DNA of 64,000 nt from Torpedo marmorata (lineage: Eukaryota), in contig OZ360234.1 of the NCBI GenBank assembly GCA_977017645.1, positions 28,148,001 to 28,212,000 of the forward strand, read 5' to 3'. This document shows, one piece after another, positions 47,060 through 60,460 of this stretch. Below the pieces are notes generated by a model. That model saw only the letters and a list, made by a program, of their open reading frames with translations. It had not been told where the DNA came from and ran no database searches. A program made the translations under genes and the position numbers. How positions within the stretch are numbered: the stretch's first letter is position 1; each line of letters begins with the position of its first letter.

Positions 47060-47835
47060 CAAGTTTGTTATCTGGTTGTACAAGTACAAACCAATGTAAC
47101 AGTGTTCTCCGGTCCTCGGTGCAAAACAGGCAGACACACAACCAGACATAACACACATACAGACAAACAATACATATGCAGGACATATTCACATATACAA
47201 ATAAATAATATTGTTTCGTGAATAGTAGAGTCTCGAATGGTTAGTGTGAGCAGTTCCTTTGGTCGTTCAGTATTCTCACTGCCCTTGGGAAAAAGCTGTT
47301 CCTCAGCCTGGTGTTGTTGGTTTTGATACTCCTGTATCTCTTTCCTGACGGGAGTAGCTGAAAGATGCTGTGTGCAGGGTGGAAGGTGTCCTCAATGATT
47401 TTACACACCCTCTTCAGACAACAATCCCGGTAGATCAGGTCGATGGGGGGTGGAGGGGAGGGAGACTCCAGTGATCCTCTGCCACTCTTATGATCCTGTG
47501 GATTAACCTCCGATCCATTTCGCTATAGCAACCGTACCACACTGTGATGCAGCCGGCTAGGACGCGATCTATAGAGCTCCTGTAGAAGGTTGACATAATA
47601 GTGGCCGGTTGCCTTGCCCGCTTCAGTCTTCTCAGGAAGTGCAGTCGCTGTTGCACCTTCCTGACAAGTGAGGAGATGTTGTGTGTCCACAATAGGTCAC
47701 TAGTTAAGTGAACTCCAAGGAACTTGGTGCTCTCCACTCTATTCACTACAGAGTTGTTGATGTGTAGTGGAGGGTGGTTGTTCCTGGTCCTCCTGAAGTA
47801 CACGATCATCTTCTCCGTCTTGTCCACATCGAGAT
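47060..47835 (-). mobile_element. Rex1/Babar-type LINE 3' part
   Basis: KFLGVHLTSDLLWTHNIS..QQRLHFLRRLKRA plus a 3'UTR. Confidence 0.85.
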
Positions 47836-49472
47836 TTGGGTTGATACTCTCGCGCCATGTCACGAGATTACATCTTCCCTTAATTAGTTTAATATAAATT
47901 CCACAGCTGCCCTGTTGGAATGCAAACCATAGATCACCAGTTCGAATCTCAGCTGCAAGTCACAATCACGGTCTTATCAAACACCCAGTTAATGCCAATG
48001 TACCTGGGGAGGAGGGTAGTAAATAATTAGCCAGTAGACTGTATACTTGGGCCATGACAATTTTACTAATTTGTCTAATTAGTGGGATTAAATCATCTGG
48101 AATTGACTCAACTCACTAAAAATTAAACAGCAAGTGTCTCAAAGCCCAATTTATTTGGCTGCGGCCTGTACCAGTCAATTAGTTGGTAATAATGGCAGAA
48201 GACCCACAAAGATCAGCAATGATAATTGGCCCAGATGCCTCCAGTATTCCAAAGATTATTGCTATTGGATTCTGGATCCACCACTTCAGCTCTTGTACTG
48301 TGGATCTCTGGCAACTAATAATAGTCATGATACCAAACACTCAGGACTTCATCATCTTCACTTCAATGTGCAAGGCTGTGTAAAACTTGCAGAAAAACAA
48401 TAACGATTTTTATCTTTTGGTTGCACACGACATCATCATTCTTTTCTCTTTTGATTCTGGTTTTCTCTATAACCAAAAGCAAAATATTGTGGGTATTTCT
48501 TACAAAGATGGCATTTTTGCACCCAGCCTTCTTGACAATTTCTAATAGGTTCTTGGGCAACTGCACTGTCTGCAACTGAGCAAGAAAATCCCAGTTTCGA
48601 TCTCTAGCCTGCTGTCATTTACCACAGAGTAGGTTCTATTGCTGGCATCTCCAGCCCACCCCACAGCCACGCCCGAGGGGAAAGGAACAATTTGGCAGGA
48701 TTCCCATTTCCAATCACAGTATATGGAATCTTGCCGAAATCAGACGGGGTAAGCAGAGAACCGTCTCCCATCTCAGCTATACTGGAGCGGTTGAGTCTGC
48801 TAATTCTCAGTGAACAACAAGCATGGTCTAATGGACCCAGTGCCGGACCAGCCAAGAATCCTCACTGTATATTCAGGCAACACCATCAGGAGAGAAAAAG
48901 AGGAAAGAAGAGAAAAAAAAACAATGGCCAGGTTTTCTGCACATGGCTTCATTAATTCCTGAAACCCATTCTCATCAATGGCTGGAGAGAAAAAAAAAAT
49001 GACAAACACATCTTACAGAACCCAATCTACAAGTCAACAGAAATAATTAACATCAAGTTCACTTTAAAACAGGCAAGAGTGACAAGTCTGCACACCGCCA
49101 CTCCCCCATCATCAAGGCTCAATTGAAAAGTGGAGCTGTTGGATTTCACAAACGTTCTGTACTCAACGTAAATACTGTGGCAAAGGCAGCGACGGTTGCT
49201 AAAGATCTTGTGGTCTGAAAGTTAGATTTCAATCTGTAAAGTATGCAGTGGCCCATAACAGGAAAACAGACACTTAGATATTGCTGCTGCACTGTAAATT
49301 CTTCTACAAACAGGAAGTGTTATAGTACTTCAAGGAAATTTCTGATAAACTTGCATACCATAAAGAGTTTCATTAACCAGTTTGTACCATTCAGATAGTA
49401 ATGCTTGCTGAAATCTTCATCAGTTTATTTCCTTTCTCTTTAGAAAGGGATAGATTTTCATGTACTTCATGG

Positions 49473-50191
49473 TGTTACGTGTGATCAAATCAGGTTCGGT
49501 GGGTTCACAGAGAAACGAGTCCAGACACAGACTAAACAAACAAAGGATGATCTTTATTGCACACACGGGGAAATAGTAACGGGGAAGACACAAAACAACA
49601 CTCAGTACTTTAAACAATGCAAGCAGTCACATCGGGTACAACGATCTCCGAAACTAGTGGCTGCTTACTCTCTCTCTCTCACACACACACGTGCAGTAAT
49701 ATTCAGTAACTAGCACACTCTTACTATACAGGGACTTCAACGAGTACTCCCGGTTCCCTGTTCCAACAGGGTATGGCTCAATGCTAAGTATTTTCACACA
49801 TTACTACAATCCCACTCTCAGTGTAGTGTACACCTTACCAACAACTCCTCCAGTGATGTCCACAGTTCGCGATCTGGCGTAGAGCAGCGTTCGTAGTCAG
49901 GACCAAGGAGCAAAGAGAATGAGCTGCTGCACGTGGTGGGCTTTTAAAGTGCAGTAAGCTGGGGAATCTGGCCCAGGTAATCACTAAGTGATTTAAAGGG
50001 GTCAATGGTCAAATGTGCACTAATGGGTGAGCAGTGATCGGCAGGTGATGCGACTTCTGACTAGGTTCCAGACAGAGAGGTCACGTGACCCTCCACAATC
50101 CACATTCCCATCAGGTTCCAGACGGAGAGGTCACGTGGCCCTCCACATTCCAGACGGAGAGGTCACATGACCCTCCACAATCCACACTACA
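49473..50191. mobile_element. probable solo LTR with internal tandem repeats
   Basis: Begins tgttacg and ends cactaca. Minus-strand AATAAA near 49553. Three ttccagac(a/g)gagaggtcac(g/a)tg(a/g)ccctccaca units at 50065-50180. TSD is ambiguous. Confidence 0.55.
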
Positions 50192-50484
50192 CGGTCAAGC
50201 AGTACAATATGAAAATGCATAGGATTAAAAAAACAGCAAGGAAGACTATATAACAGAATCTATCATATGTTCCTCTCTTTAGAAGACTAAATTCACAGGT
50301 AAAGGATGTGCTCTGCAAATAAAAACAAACACTTGATCTGGATAGGACTGAACTTCGCTATCTATCTGCATACAAATTACAACTTCTCTCTCTTTATCTG
50401 GATCACTTACCCAATCTACAACATTACCAATGAAGTTGCAACAGCATTCATTTTCCTCCTAGGTTTTTCTAAAGGATGAATGGT

Positions 50485-50605
50485 AGCACATCTAGTTGAG
50501 CCACTGCCTCATTGCTACAGTGATTGGGTTCAATCCTGACCTCTGGAACAGTCTGCGTAGAATTTGCATTTCCTCCCTGTGATCACGTGGGTTTCCTCCA
50601 AGTCC
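50485..50605 (+). mobile_element. older tRNA-derived SINE 5' fragment
   Basis: ggttcaatcctgacctc..gtctgcgtagaatttgcatttcctccctgtgatcacgtgggtttcctcc. Confidence 0.6.
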
Positions 50606-50611
50606 ACCAAA

Positions 50612-51655
50612 AATTGGGTCTGTGGGTGCAGCGCTCCCACTCAATAACGGGGAAGAACTTGGTCATCAGGTGTGAGGTGCTCTCGGTATTGCTGTACGTG
50701 GCGCAGGTGTGGCTTATCCCCCGCAACTCCACCCTGGCGGCCACCAGAGCAGTTTTCCGATTCATATGGGGGTCTGAAGGGTCGCCACGTACAAGTCGCC
50801 AGACAATGGGGCAAGGGCGTACGCAATGTGGCCCTAATCCTGATGACTGCCTTCATGTGTGGGTTCATCAGGCTGTGTGTGGAATCAAAGTACGAGGACA
50901 CCATGTGCTGCTATGTGCTGAGGTTCTACCTGTCCCAGGTGTTGCAAAGGATGGGCTTGACCCCGCTGCCGCGCAATGTACCAGTCAGCTGGATTTTGCC
51001 ACACCACCTATCCTTCGTGAAAAAGTTTTTCCAGACCAAAACCTTTGACCACAAGGCCATCAGGCAGTGGTCAGCACAGAACGTCCTGCAAAAACTGAGA
51101 GACAAGTGCTCGATGGATCCGGTGGGATGATTCCCTGAGCAGACCGTCCAAGTCATCCGGCGAAATGCCTCGCTGCCAGGGCTCACAAACAAGCACCAGA
51201 ACTTGGCCTAGCTGGCGGTGAGAGGAGCCCTCCCAGTGAGATCCTTGTACAACCGGTACGGCTGCAGTGGAGTTGGTCTTTCAGCATACTGAGATGTCAG
51301 TCTGGGAATGCTGCCGACTGGCGCATTCCAGGCTGCAGGAGCACTTGCTGAGGGATGCACTGAGGCTTAGTGCAGCCAAAACGAGGGCGCTGTGTGGAAA
51401 GACCACAGTCTAGAGTCCTCCCATTACCGGGCATTGAGGGGCTGAGACTGAGGGGAAGCCCCTCAACCAACAGAGGGGAGAGAAACGACAAGGTGCCACA
51501 GTGATGGTAACGGTGTATTTAGAGAACAGAGGTAACAATGTACATTGGTGATAATGTATAGATACAACTGACATTATGGGTGTAAAAAGACTTTGAACAG
51601 TTTTCTTTTTTGTAAATAATTTATTTTGAATAAAGTCTATTTTGGGTAAAAAAGT
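50612..51655 (+). mobile_element. Tx1-like LINE 3' part
   Basis: KLGLWVQRSHSITGKNLVIRCEVLSVLLY.. and 3' end gaataaagtctattttgggtaaaaaa. Homologous to 11341-14275. Confidence 0.8.
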
Positions 51656-52194
51656 GCTCCAATTTCCTCCAACATGCACAATTGTCATGGGGTCTGGGGG
51701 CAGCGTGATAACTCGCAAGTCTAATCTTACATATCCGGTACCGATCATGACTGCAAACCAGGAGCGAGGCAGTGCCCCAGAAACTCCACATCTCCTGATA
51801 CTGCATTAATAACCACAGAAAAATCATGCAGGAAATTCAAATACAGCCCACAGCCTTGCTCACGCAGAGCTCAACATATTGTTTCCAGTGAATGAATTTG
51901 GTGTGAAACTGGGTTCTGTTGACTTAAATTAGTCATAAATGCTCTGATTGGATGGGAAGGAATAATAACAGGAAAACATGAGAGCCGCCTTGCCAAGTAC
52001 ATGCACAAATTTGAATTAGCCATGGTTTTTATGCTTATACAGATACTGGTATTGGGGTTGTCTTCACCATTAGATCTGTTGCAAGCTCAAGTGCACTTTG
52101 AATGGGAACCTACTGAAGAAAAGTCATACACCCTTTGATTAGCTCGCTGTTTTTTCCCAGAAAATGCAAAAAAAAAAATATTTTTTATTTTAAA

Positions 52195-52265
52195 AAACAA
52201 TATTATTTATTATTTTTTTAATTTCCATTTTATTTATTTATTTATTTATTTATTATTTTTATTTT
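52195..52265. repeat. AT-rich (TTTA)n/(TTA)n microsatellite
   Basis: tatttatttatttatttatttattattttt seen directly. Confidence 0.8.
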
Positions 52266-55049
52266 AAAAAATCAGACTCAGTTTCTTTGAGGGTTTAGGG
52301 TGAAAGTTAAAATACTTTTGGGGCCTCTGAAAAGAATAAGGACAATTGATTTTCCATCTGACAATTCCAATTCAAGAAAAACAAAAGGAAGAGTTTAGCT
52401 TACTGATAATATCATAAATAAAACACCCCACTCCCCTAACATTCAAGTTAAAGAATGCATCTGGCAGGCAACTTCTAAGGCCCAAAAAAATTGGTGAGAA
52501 CATTTAGCAAAGTGGAGAAAGATGGGGACGAGGAGTTTCAAGCTGGTCTGGGATTAGGTGTGTCATTCCAGCCCTCTATAACATGGACTAGACCGATTTC
52601 TTAACTATTCTGATCTTATCCTTCTACGTTACATCAACACATTTCCTTCTCACTGAAGACAGAAACATGCAAATAAAAGAACTCCTAGGACATTCAGGTT
52701 TTGTGTACCTGAAAGGTTTAATGATTCTAAGTAGTAATAAATCCCATTCTAGGTTTTAAAATTATACTTAATGCCCTATTTAAATTGCAATTTAAACTTG
52801 AAAATATCCTTACTGAGTTTCAGTCAAGATAAACCAAATTGCAAAAGAGTAATTAATACTTTTATTTATAATGGTAATTTACAAACATCACTGGGCATGT
52901 TCATTTCTGAGAAAGAATACGGTTTAAACTGTATAAACACTTTTCAAAAAATGTTTGTCAAGTATTTTACTGCAGTAACTATTTATTTCTATACCTATCC
53001 CTTGCTGCATAGTAGTTCATTCATCCCGTCAGCACCTTGCACAGAACCAGCTAAAGCTAGGATTGGTTGGGAAGACCGCACTCCCCGGGAACAGGTGAGA
53101 TGGAGGCCAATGTCCCTGAGAGCATTTGGGGTGGAGGCCAGAAGTTCCATAGGCTGGAGCAAATTGAATGATCCAGCCCATTGCAATGGAGGCTCAATAT
53201 GGTGGAATCTGTCTTATTGGAAAATAGTTAAATCATACAATTAAGGATGTATTTATGTAATACCGTGTGTTTTTGAGTTTACAATTTAATATTAGAGTGT
53301 GAAAATTACGTCAACACAGCTCACCATTGCCAATCTAGGTAAACAGGTGGAATGGAGAGGGAGGCAGGATGACTACAATTTAAAACAAAGGGAAGGTGAG
53401 ATATCTTAACAAAAAATGTTTTGAATACATGTTCTGAACTGATTTGAGAATTATGTCAGTGCAAGAATAGATAATCAGCAAAAGGTCATGTAGATTTTTA
53501 GACCAACTGAAGTTTGTAAAGGATGGAAACAGACAAGAAAGGAAGAAAACACAGGCATTTGAGTTAGCAAAGGCATGCTTATGGGTTTCAGCAGTGGGTT
53601 GAAGTGGGGGGGGACACAAAATAATAGACAAGGATCAGAAATGGGTACAAGGCTTAGTTTAAGGCTGAAATAAATCCAGAAGCTGGGAAGATTCATGTTC
53701 TTGTTACATGGAGTATGTGGATGCTGCTGATCATTGACTAGGATGCTTTTAAATGTGTCAGCAAGTTAACACTCAAACAGCTTAATGTTTAATAAGCAGC
53801 AGGAAAATACATCAACTACCTGGAGTCAGAAATATACAGTTATCAAGATTATTTTGTCTTTAGTTTCTAAGCACACAGTCCTTTCCTTCTGTGTTAAACC
53901 CATCAGATATTATCAGTATGGCTCTAGTTTATTCACAGGAACAAGTGTAACAACAATCAGAATTCCGTTTTACAGCAATCAATGAATATCCAGTCTGATT
54001 AATAGTCTGCATCTCCACCCTCCATAACACATTGCAGCACTTTCAGTTTTCCAACTCAAGGGAAGCACCATTTCTGTCAGCTCAATAATAATGCACGTTG
54101 TCAGTGAATAGAATTTACACACTCCAGGCTGTGATGTGAAGGTTCAGGTGGGCATGAAGTCTTGACATCATTTGTTGAAAGCAAATTGGAAAGAAGATTT
54201 TTTTTACTTTAAATCCCTTTTAAAGGAAAACTCAAGGTTTTGATCAATCAACCCCCAACACGTATTCCTTAATCATCCAGTGGTAGTCAACACATGTGAT
54301 AAGAGATTAAATCATCTTGATCAGCATGGAACCATATTCAGTCCCTGGTCGGTGTTGAGTCATCTAATATCAGCCAGAGAATACATTTGATATTTTGCAA
54401 TTGCTCAGTTATGTTTGAATCTTGACCTCTTTGGGTAGTGTGTAGGCTAGCTGTAGGCAGGATCTGCTCAGTAGTTTGAGCAGCCTGTCAATACTTACTA
54501 ACATGCAATATCAATTAAACATGGTATGGAGAGCTTTTGTCAATTTTATTGTTAAACCCAAACACAAATCAGATCACTAAGGAAACCGGAAGGGAAGGTA
54601 AAACAATTTATGTTTACTGAAATATTCACAATTCTTCCTGGCACTAAAATAAACAATTTTATCATTCAAGCAGATTTTAAATTCAATGATATAGTCAGGA
54701 GAAACAGTTAAAACCTACACTGGGAATATTAGCATCTGTCCTTCATAATTGCTGGTTTCAACATCCTGGAACACTCTTCATAACGGTACCTTAGGAATAC
54801 CTTCACCACAGAGACTATAGTAGTTAAAAAATGTGACTTATTACCTCATGAGAAACAGGCAATAAATGTTTCCAGGCAATGACAACATTCCACAAATTAA
54901 TAAATAAGAGCAAGGCTTCTTCTGTCTGTTCTAATAACTGTTAACTTCATAATACCATGCGTTTTCTAGTTCTGCTCTTACTTCTGAATGGGTTACTTCA
55001 CTTTAAAATAAACATTCAAATGCATCTGCTTTATTGTGCTCAGAGTGCA

Positions 55050-55680
55050 GAACAGACCCTTTGCCCCAATACCAATCAAATTGATTTTCTGGGCTAGTCC
55101 CATTTGCCTGCATTGGGTCCATATCCTTCCAAACCCTTCTGATCCAAAAATACATCTAAAATTCCTTTTGAATGTCCACTTCTACAGTTTCCTCTGGCAA
55201 CGAGTTCCAGATACAGGCCCTCTTCTGAGTGAAAAGATTGGCCCTCATGTTCCTCAAATCTCTTCCCTCTCACCTAAAACCTATGTCCTCTAGTTCTAGA
55301 ATCATCTAACCTGGAAAAAAGACTGAGCATTCACTTTAATCCATGCCACCCATGATTTTATAAACCTCTATAAGATCACCCCTCAGCCTCCTATGCTCTA
55401 GGGAGTAAAGACCCAGCCTATCCAACCTCTCATTATAATTCAAGCCCTCTACCAGCAATATCTGAGTGAATCTCCTCTTTCCAATTTATTGATATTCTTT
55501 CTATAGATAGATGACCAGAACTGCACACAGTATTGGGTGTGATCTCAACAATGCCTTGTTTAGCTGACTCATGGAGGTCCCATTTTTGTACTCAATACCC
55601 CCCCCCCAAAGAAGGCAAGTGTGCCAAATGCCTTCTTGTTCACCCGAGTTGCCACTTCTAAGGAACTATGTACGAATTCA
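55050..55680 (-). mobile_element. degraded CR1 3' fragment
   Basis: aacctctataagatcacccctcagcctcct..gaccagaactgcacacagta resembles CR1 RT C-terminus and 3'UTR in reverse. Confidence 0.65.
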
Positions 55681-56529
55681 GTGGTGTCACCTAATTATGA
55701 TAGATCCCAAAATAGACTTCCTATTACCACTCTTTTCCTTTTACCCTGACCCATCTCTCCATCAATGCATGAATCAAGGTAAATTTCAACAATATTATCT
55801 ATACCATGGATCCTCATATTCATACATTATCAGAATAAAAAAATGAAATCGCTTAGAAAACAGCACAATAGATACCGTTGAAACAATAAAACATGGGTGA
55901 AAATGCTTTCCAATATTTATAACATATTTTATTTTGTACAGCCTGCAGACATTTTATGTCAGACTTAAAAGCAGTAGACAGGAATTAAAATTTGGAAGAT
56001 GCTTTTCAATCAATTTTGAATTATTATTCACATGTTATAAGCACATAATTAGAGACCATTGCAAGTGGAATTGGACTTACACATTTCTCATCTATTAAGC
56101 TTGCCACCAAAAAGTAGCTTGGACAGGATACATATCATGCCTCAACCTAGATATGCCATCCTGCCGCAAAACTGTGCTGAGAAACTTCAGTAATCTCTAC
56201 AAACAATACTTCCACATAAACAAAATAACAAAAGTCAGGATGTATTATCAGGCTGCCTGACAGTTGGATTTCTATATCTATTTTTGACAAACTGGCTTAA
56301 TCTTATGGTTAAAAAATGGCAATGAAAGAATGAAATAAAGAGGTACTGTTCTGTAAAGTATTGACTGTCTATTGATGAATATTCTAATAGTTTTAACTGT
56401 ACTAAAGAGCCTCAAAGCAATTGCGCATTGATATAGCAGGTGAGCGTATTTATAGTTCTGCATTCTAGCATCAATTATAATAAGTCATTAGCCACAAGGA
56501 GGATGAGAGAGAGAGAGAGAGACACTGGA

Positions 56530-57300
56530 GAACGTTGACAGATATATAGGTTATGTGAATAGGGTAGGCGACAGCAGGTAGGACATAATGTGAAAAATGG
56601 GAGGCCATCCACTTTGGTAGGAAAAATAGGATGGATTTTTTTTAAATTAAGAGAGACTGGAAGGTGTTAATGTTCAGAGGGAACTGGGTGTCCTTGTACA
56701 TGAATCACTGCAAGATACAGGTTCAGTAAGCAATCAGGAAGGAAAATTTTATACTGAACATTACTGTAGAAAGGATTTGAAAAAAAGAGTAGAAATATGT
56801 TGTTCCTATTATGCAGAGTTCTCATGAGAATGCACCTGGAATACTGTGCTCTCGTATGATCTCCTGTCAAAGGAAAAATATACTTGCAATGTTGGGAGTA
56901 CAATTAAGTTTCACCAAATTAATTCCTCCGATGGCAGATTCTCCTTACGAGGAGCAATTAAGCAGACTGGGCCTACCCTACAGTTCAGAAGAAAGAGGTA
57001 TTCGTAATCTTATTGAAACATGCACTTTTTTTTTCTATATAGAGGATTGGCAGAATAGATGTGGAGATGATATTTCCCCTGGCTGGGGTCTCAAGACAGC
57101 AATCATAGTTTCAGAACAAGGGATGGCCATTCAAGACAGAGAGGAGGAGAAATTTCTTCACACAAAGGGTTGTGAAGGTGCAAAAACTTGGCAGAGGTTG
57201 ACAGATTTTCTGGGAACCAACAGACGATATTAGTGTAAGTACAATTGAAGTTAAAAAAATGTCATGAATGGTGAAGTAGACACCAGGAATTGAATAGCAT
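56530..57300 (+). mobile_element. degraded CR1 RT 3' fragment
   Basis: Remnants ..HFGRKNR..VQRELGVLVHESL..HLEYC..YEEQLSRLGL; preceded by (GA)n at 56505-56522. Confidence 0.7.
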
Positions 57301-58844
57301 ATTGATTTCTACTTCCAATGTGGCAACAATGGGTCATAATTCCTGGAATACCAATGTGCTAATATAACATATCTTTATATATTGTCATTTTTAGTACTAA
57401 GCAAAAAGTGTTCTATGATCACCCAACTTATTGTCATACTAACTCATTTTAAATGAAGCAGAGCTTTTGTTTAAGCTGCAATGAAAATGATTACAAATAT
57501 TCAAGTCATTTTACTATCTACAAGATGAGAGAAAGTTTTGATATGCCATGTGACATTGCAAATATATTCAAAAGCATTTTCTGTTTAACATTTCCAGGGA
57601 CATTGCCTAACCAAGTTTGTACTCTCATAGAAATATCAGAATATTTGTAACTATATACATTTACGAATTCTTAGCCTGATTTAGGTTTTAGTAACAGTTT
57701 TATTCCTTGTTCCACTGTAAACAAACAGAGAATAATTAAAATATCCATAAACTATTTCCAACGAAAAGGGTGCCACATACAGTGCAAGTGATTTTTTTTT
57801 AAAATAAAGGGGTGTTAAATGTTTAAGATAGGTTGTTTTGAATAAAGTTCAAAATTCCAATTATGTCACAATTGTCAAACTAAACAGCACATTTTCAATT
57901 TAGTAATCAGTTTAATTACATTAATAATTCTTCTTCACCTATTGAAGGCCAAGATAATTTATACTCATAATTGTTCAATTTAAATTGTGTTAAATTTCAC
58001 ACAAGTCTGACCACCAGGGCTGATAGGAAGAACAGCAGTGAACACGAAAACCTCTACTCTCAATTATCTAAATGCCTATTAGTACTTTAGAGAGTAGGTT
58101 TTGTAACGGTATTTACCAAATATTTCAAAACCTTCTATGTTCCTGTTTGAAACGGTGCTGTTGTGCAATTACTTTGAACATTAAGATCAGCATTCATTGT
58201 TTTCATTGTTTTACATACACATGGGGGTTTACATTGGGACTACAAATTTCCTACATTAGCATCAGAACTTAACCTTACTCTTTTAAAATATTTGTTTCTT
58301 GCTTTGGATGAATAATTAGGCAAAGGTCAAAAAGCAATATTCATGGTCTTTTTTTTTTTATATAAATGATTTCCTTCCTGTCTTACTCCATGCTATTATG
58401 AGTAACATCTTTCAATCCAACTTCAAACTTTGAAACTTGTTTGTATTTTGTCAGTTTAAGACATTTTAAAGTCAACTTTTTGAAACCAACTCTGAAAGAA
58501 AAAAACCTGCATCAAAATGGTAAACAATAACACTGGTTGTCATATGTTAACATTTTCAGAGAATGTAGGTAATAAAATGGTAAAACCAATGAGAAGAATT
58601 CTCTCTTCCTTAATGATGTTCCCAACTCTCCATATGGAAAGAGCGATAGTAACCTTCCACCCTTCATGCAGTTATCCAGTTGATGGGTTAATAGCTTACA
58701 CATGGCATACACGTTTTCCTTCATAAAACCAGCTACATGTTCTATTTATAACATGATATCGTTCAAGATATTTTACATTACTAATTTGGGCAACTGTTCT
58801 GAAAATATAAGCCATGAAGCTCAACGTGTGATGGGCGTTGGAAG

Positions 58845-59065
58845 GAAAGTTTAGTTAACAGTTAGCGCAACGCCTTTACAGCGCCAGCGATCGGGACCGG
58901 GGTTCGAATCCCCTCTGTCTGTACGTTCTCCCCGTGTCTGCGTGGGTTTTCCCCGGGGGCTCCAGTTTCCTCCCACTGTTCAAAAACGTTCCTGGGGTGT
59001 AAATTGGGCGGCACGGACTCGTAGGGTCGAATTAGCCTGTTACGGTGCTGTATGTCTAAATTTTA
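58845..59065 (+). mobile_element. tRNA-derived SINE (HE1/V-SINE-like)
   Basis: B box ggttcgaatcc, shared core and tgtatgtctaaattt tail. Confidence 0.85.
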
Positions 59066-59589
59066 AAAAATTAAATTAAAATTATCTTCGAAAAAAAATT
59101 ACTAAAAGGCTTTGATGTAAACAGTGAAGGCAGATACAAGAGCATGACTCATGTACTCAAGCAATTATTTAACACGCCCGCCATCGGAGAGCAGGTCACT
59201 TTTCATTTCTTACTCACCTTCTTATTGGGTTGGTAACACGCTGTTAAATCTCGTGTTGAATGCAAGTCTGCACCAATAGATAAAGTAAGGCAGTAACTAT
59301 GTACGAAATTATTCTGAAATAGCAGTTTTAAATATGTTGTTTATAATTTTGGTTTATTTAGATAAAATTATATTTATTTTACTGCAGGAAACGAACCACA
59401 CAAATAGGAAAATCACCTTTGAAATGATCATACATAACGAGTGTTTTTTAGAACAGACAGGTACTGCTTACCTCTGTAACTGGTGTGTGTTTTTTTTAAA
59501 TAAGATTCCAACTATTGACTAAACTTTTCCTTAGGAATATAAATCCTATGACTCTGCAATGTCACTGAATCTTCGGCTTTTCTTCAATG

Positions 59590-59730
59590 CTGATTGACAC
59601 CCGGTTCCGAAGTTTATACCGAGATTGACAGCTGGCTGATTGGTGCTTTGGCAGGAAGCAAGCCAATGGAAGTGGTGCTGAGGTTGGATCAACAACTTTG
59701 GAACCGCCCTATTTCAAATGAACATCTGTG
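59590..59730. promoter_or_regulatory. candidate CCAAT-box promoter
   Basis: attgg (59639) and agccaatg (59661), GC-box-like ccgccc (~59704), CHR-like tttcaaa (~59712), locally CpG-enriched. Consensus minus-strand donor at 59472. Confidence 0.35.
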
Positions 59731-60204
59731 TGGTAACAAAACGGAACTGGCAGGTTGGAGTTGAGCGCAAATGTTGGACGTGTTTTGCTTTAGAATACTC
59801 TAGAGATCTCTACTACATGCATCTGCCTTTAAAGGATTAACACGTTTCCTGTCTGCTCATAATGACTCGTTGGTGCAGAGCCTTATCAACACAAAGACTA
59901 AAGTCAGGAAGTACCGAAATTATTCATAATATAATTGCTAAGTGGAGAAAGAACACAACCCTCATTTTAAACTCATTCTAATTCACAAGAATGTAAGAAA
60001 GACAACCAGACCTATCAAGCTTTAGTAACCATGCCTGAACCTGTAACTCAACATGTTGGGTGCCTCAAAATACATTGATTTCACCCCAGAATATCAGAAT
60101 CAGAATTTATTGTCATGAACAAGTCACGAAATTCATTATTTTGTGGCAGCATCATAGTGCAAACATTAATATAAACCACCTTACAACAATAAATTTTAAA
60201 TCAT

Positions 60205-60460
60205 GGGGCGGCAAAGTTGGTGTAGCAGTTAGCGCAACGCCTTTACTGCGCCAGCGATCGGGACTAGTGTTCGAATCCCGCGCTGTCTGTAAGGAGTTTG
60301 TACGTTCTCCCCGTGTCTGCGTGGATTTTCCCCGGGGGCTCTGGTTTCCTCCCAACCTTCAAAAACATACCGGGGGGGTGTAGGTTAATTGGGTGTAAAT
60401 TGGGCGGCACGGACTCGTGGGCCAAAATGGCCTGTTACCGTGCTGTATGTCTAAATTTAA
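60205..60460 (+). mobile_element. tRNA-derived SINE (HE1/V-SINE-like), full length, inserted in a Rex1-type tail
   Basis: A box tggtgtagcag and B box gttcgaatcc. Flanked by minus-strand Rex1-like tail 60090-60200 and 60490-60660. Confidence 0.88.

Noticed and set aside
52771-53244. 157-aa plus-strand ORF
   Set aside because: No recognisable domain; the AT-rich first half looks non-coding.
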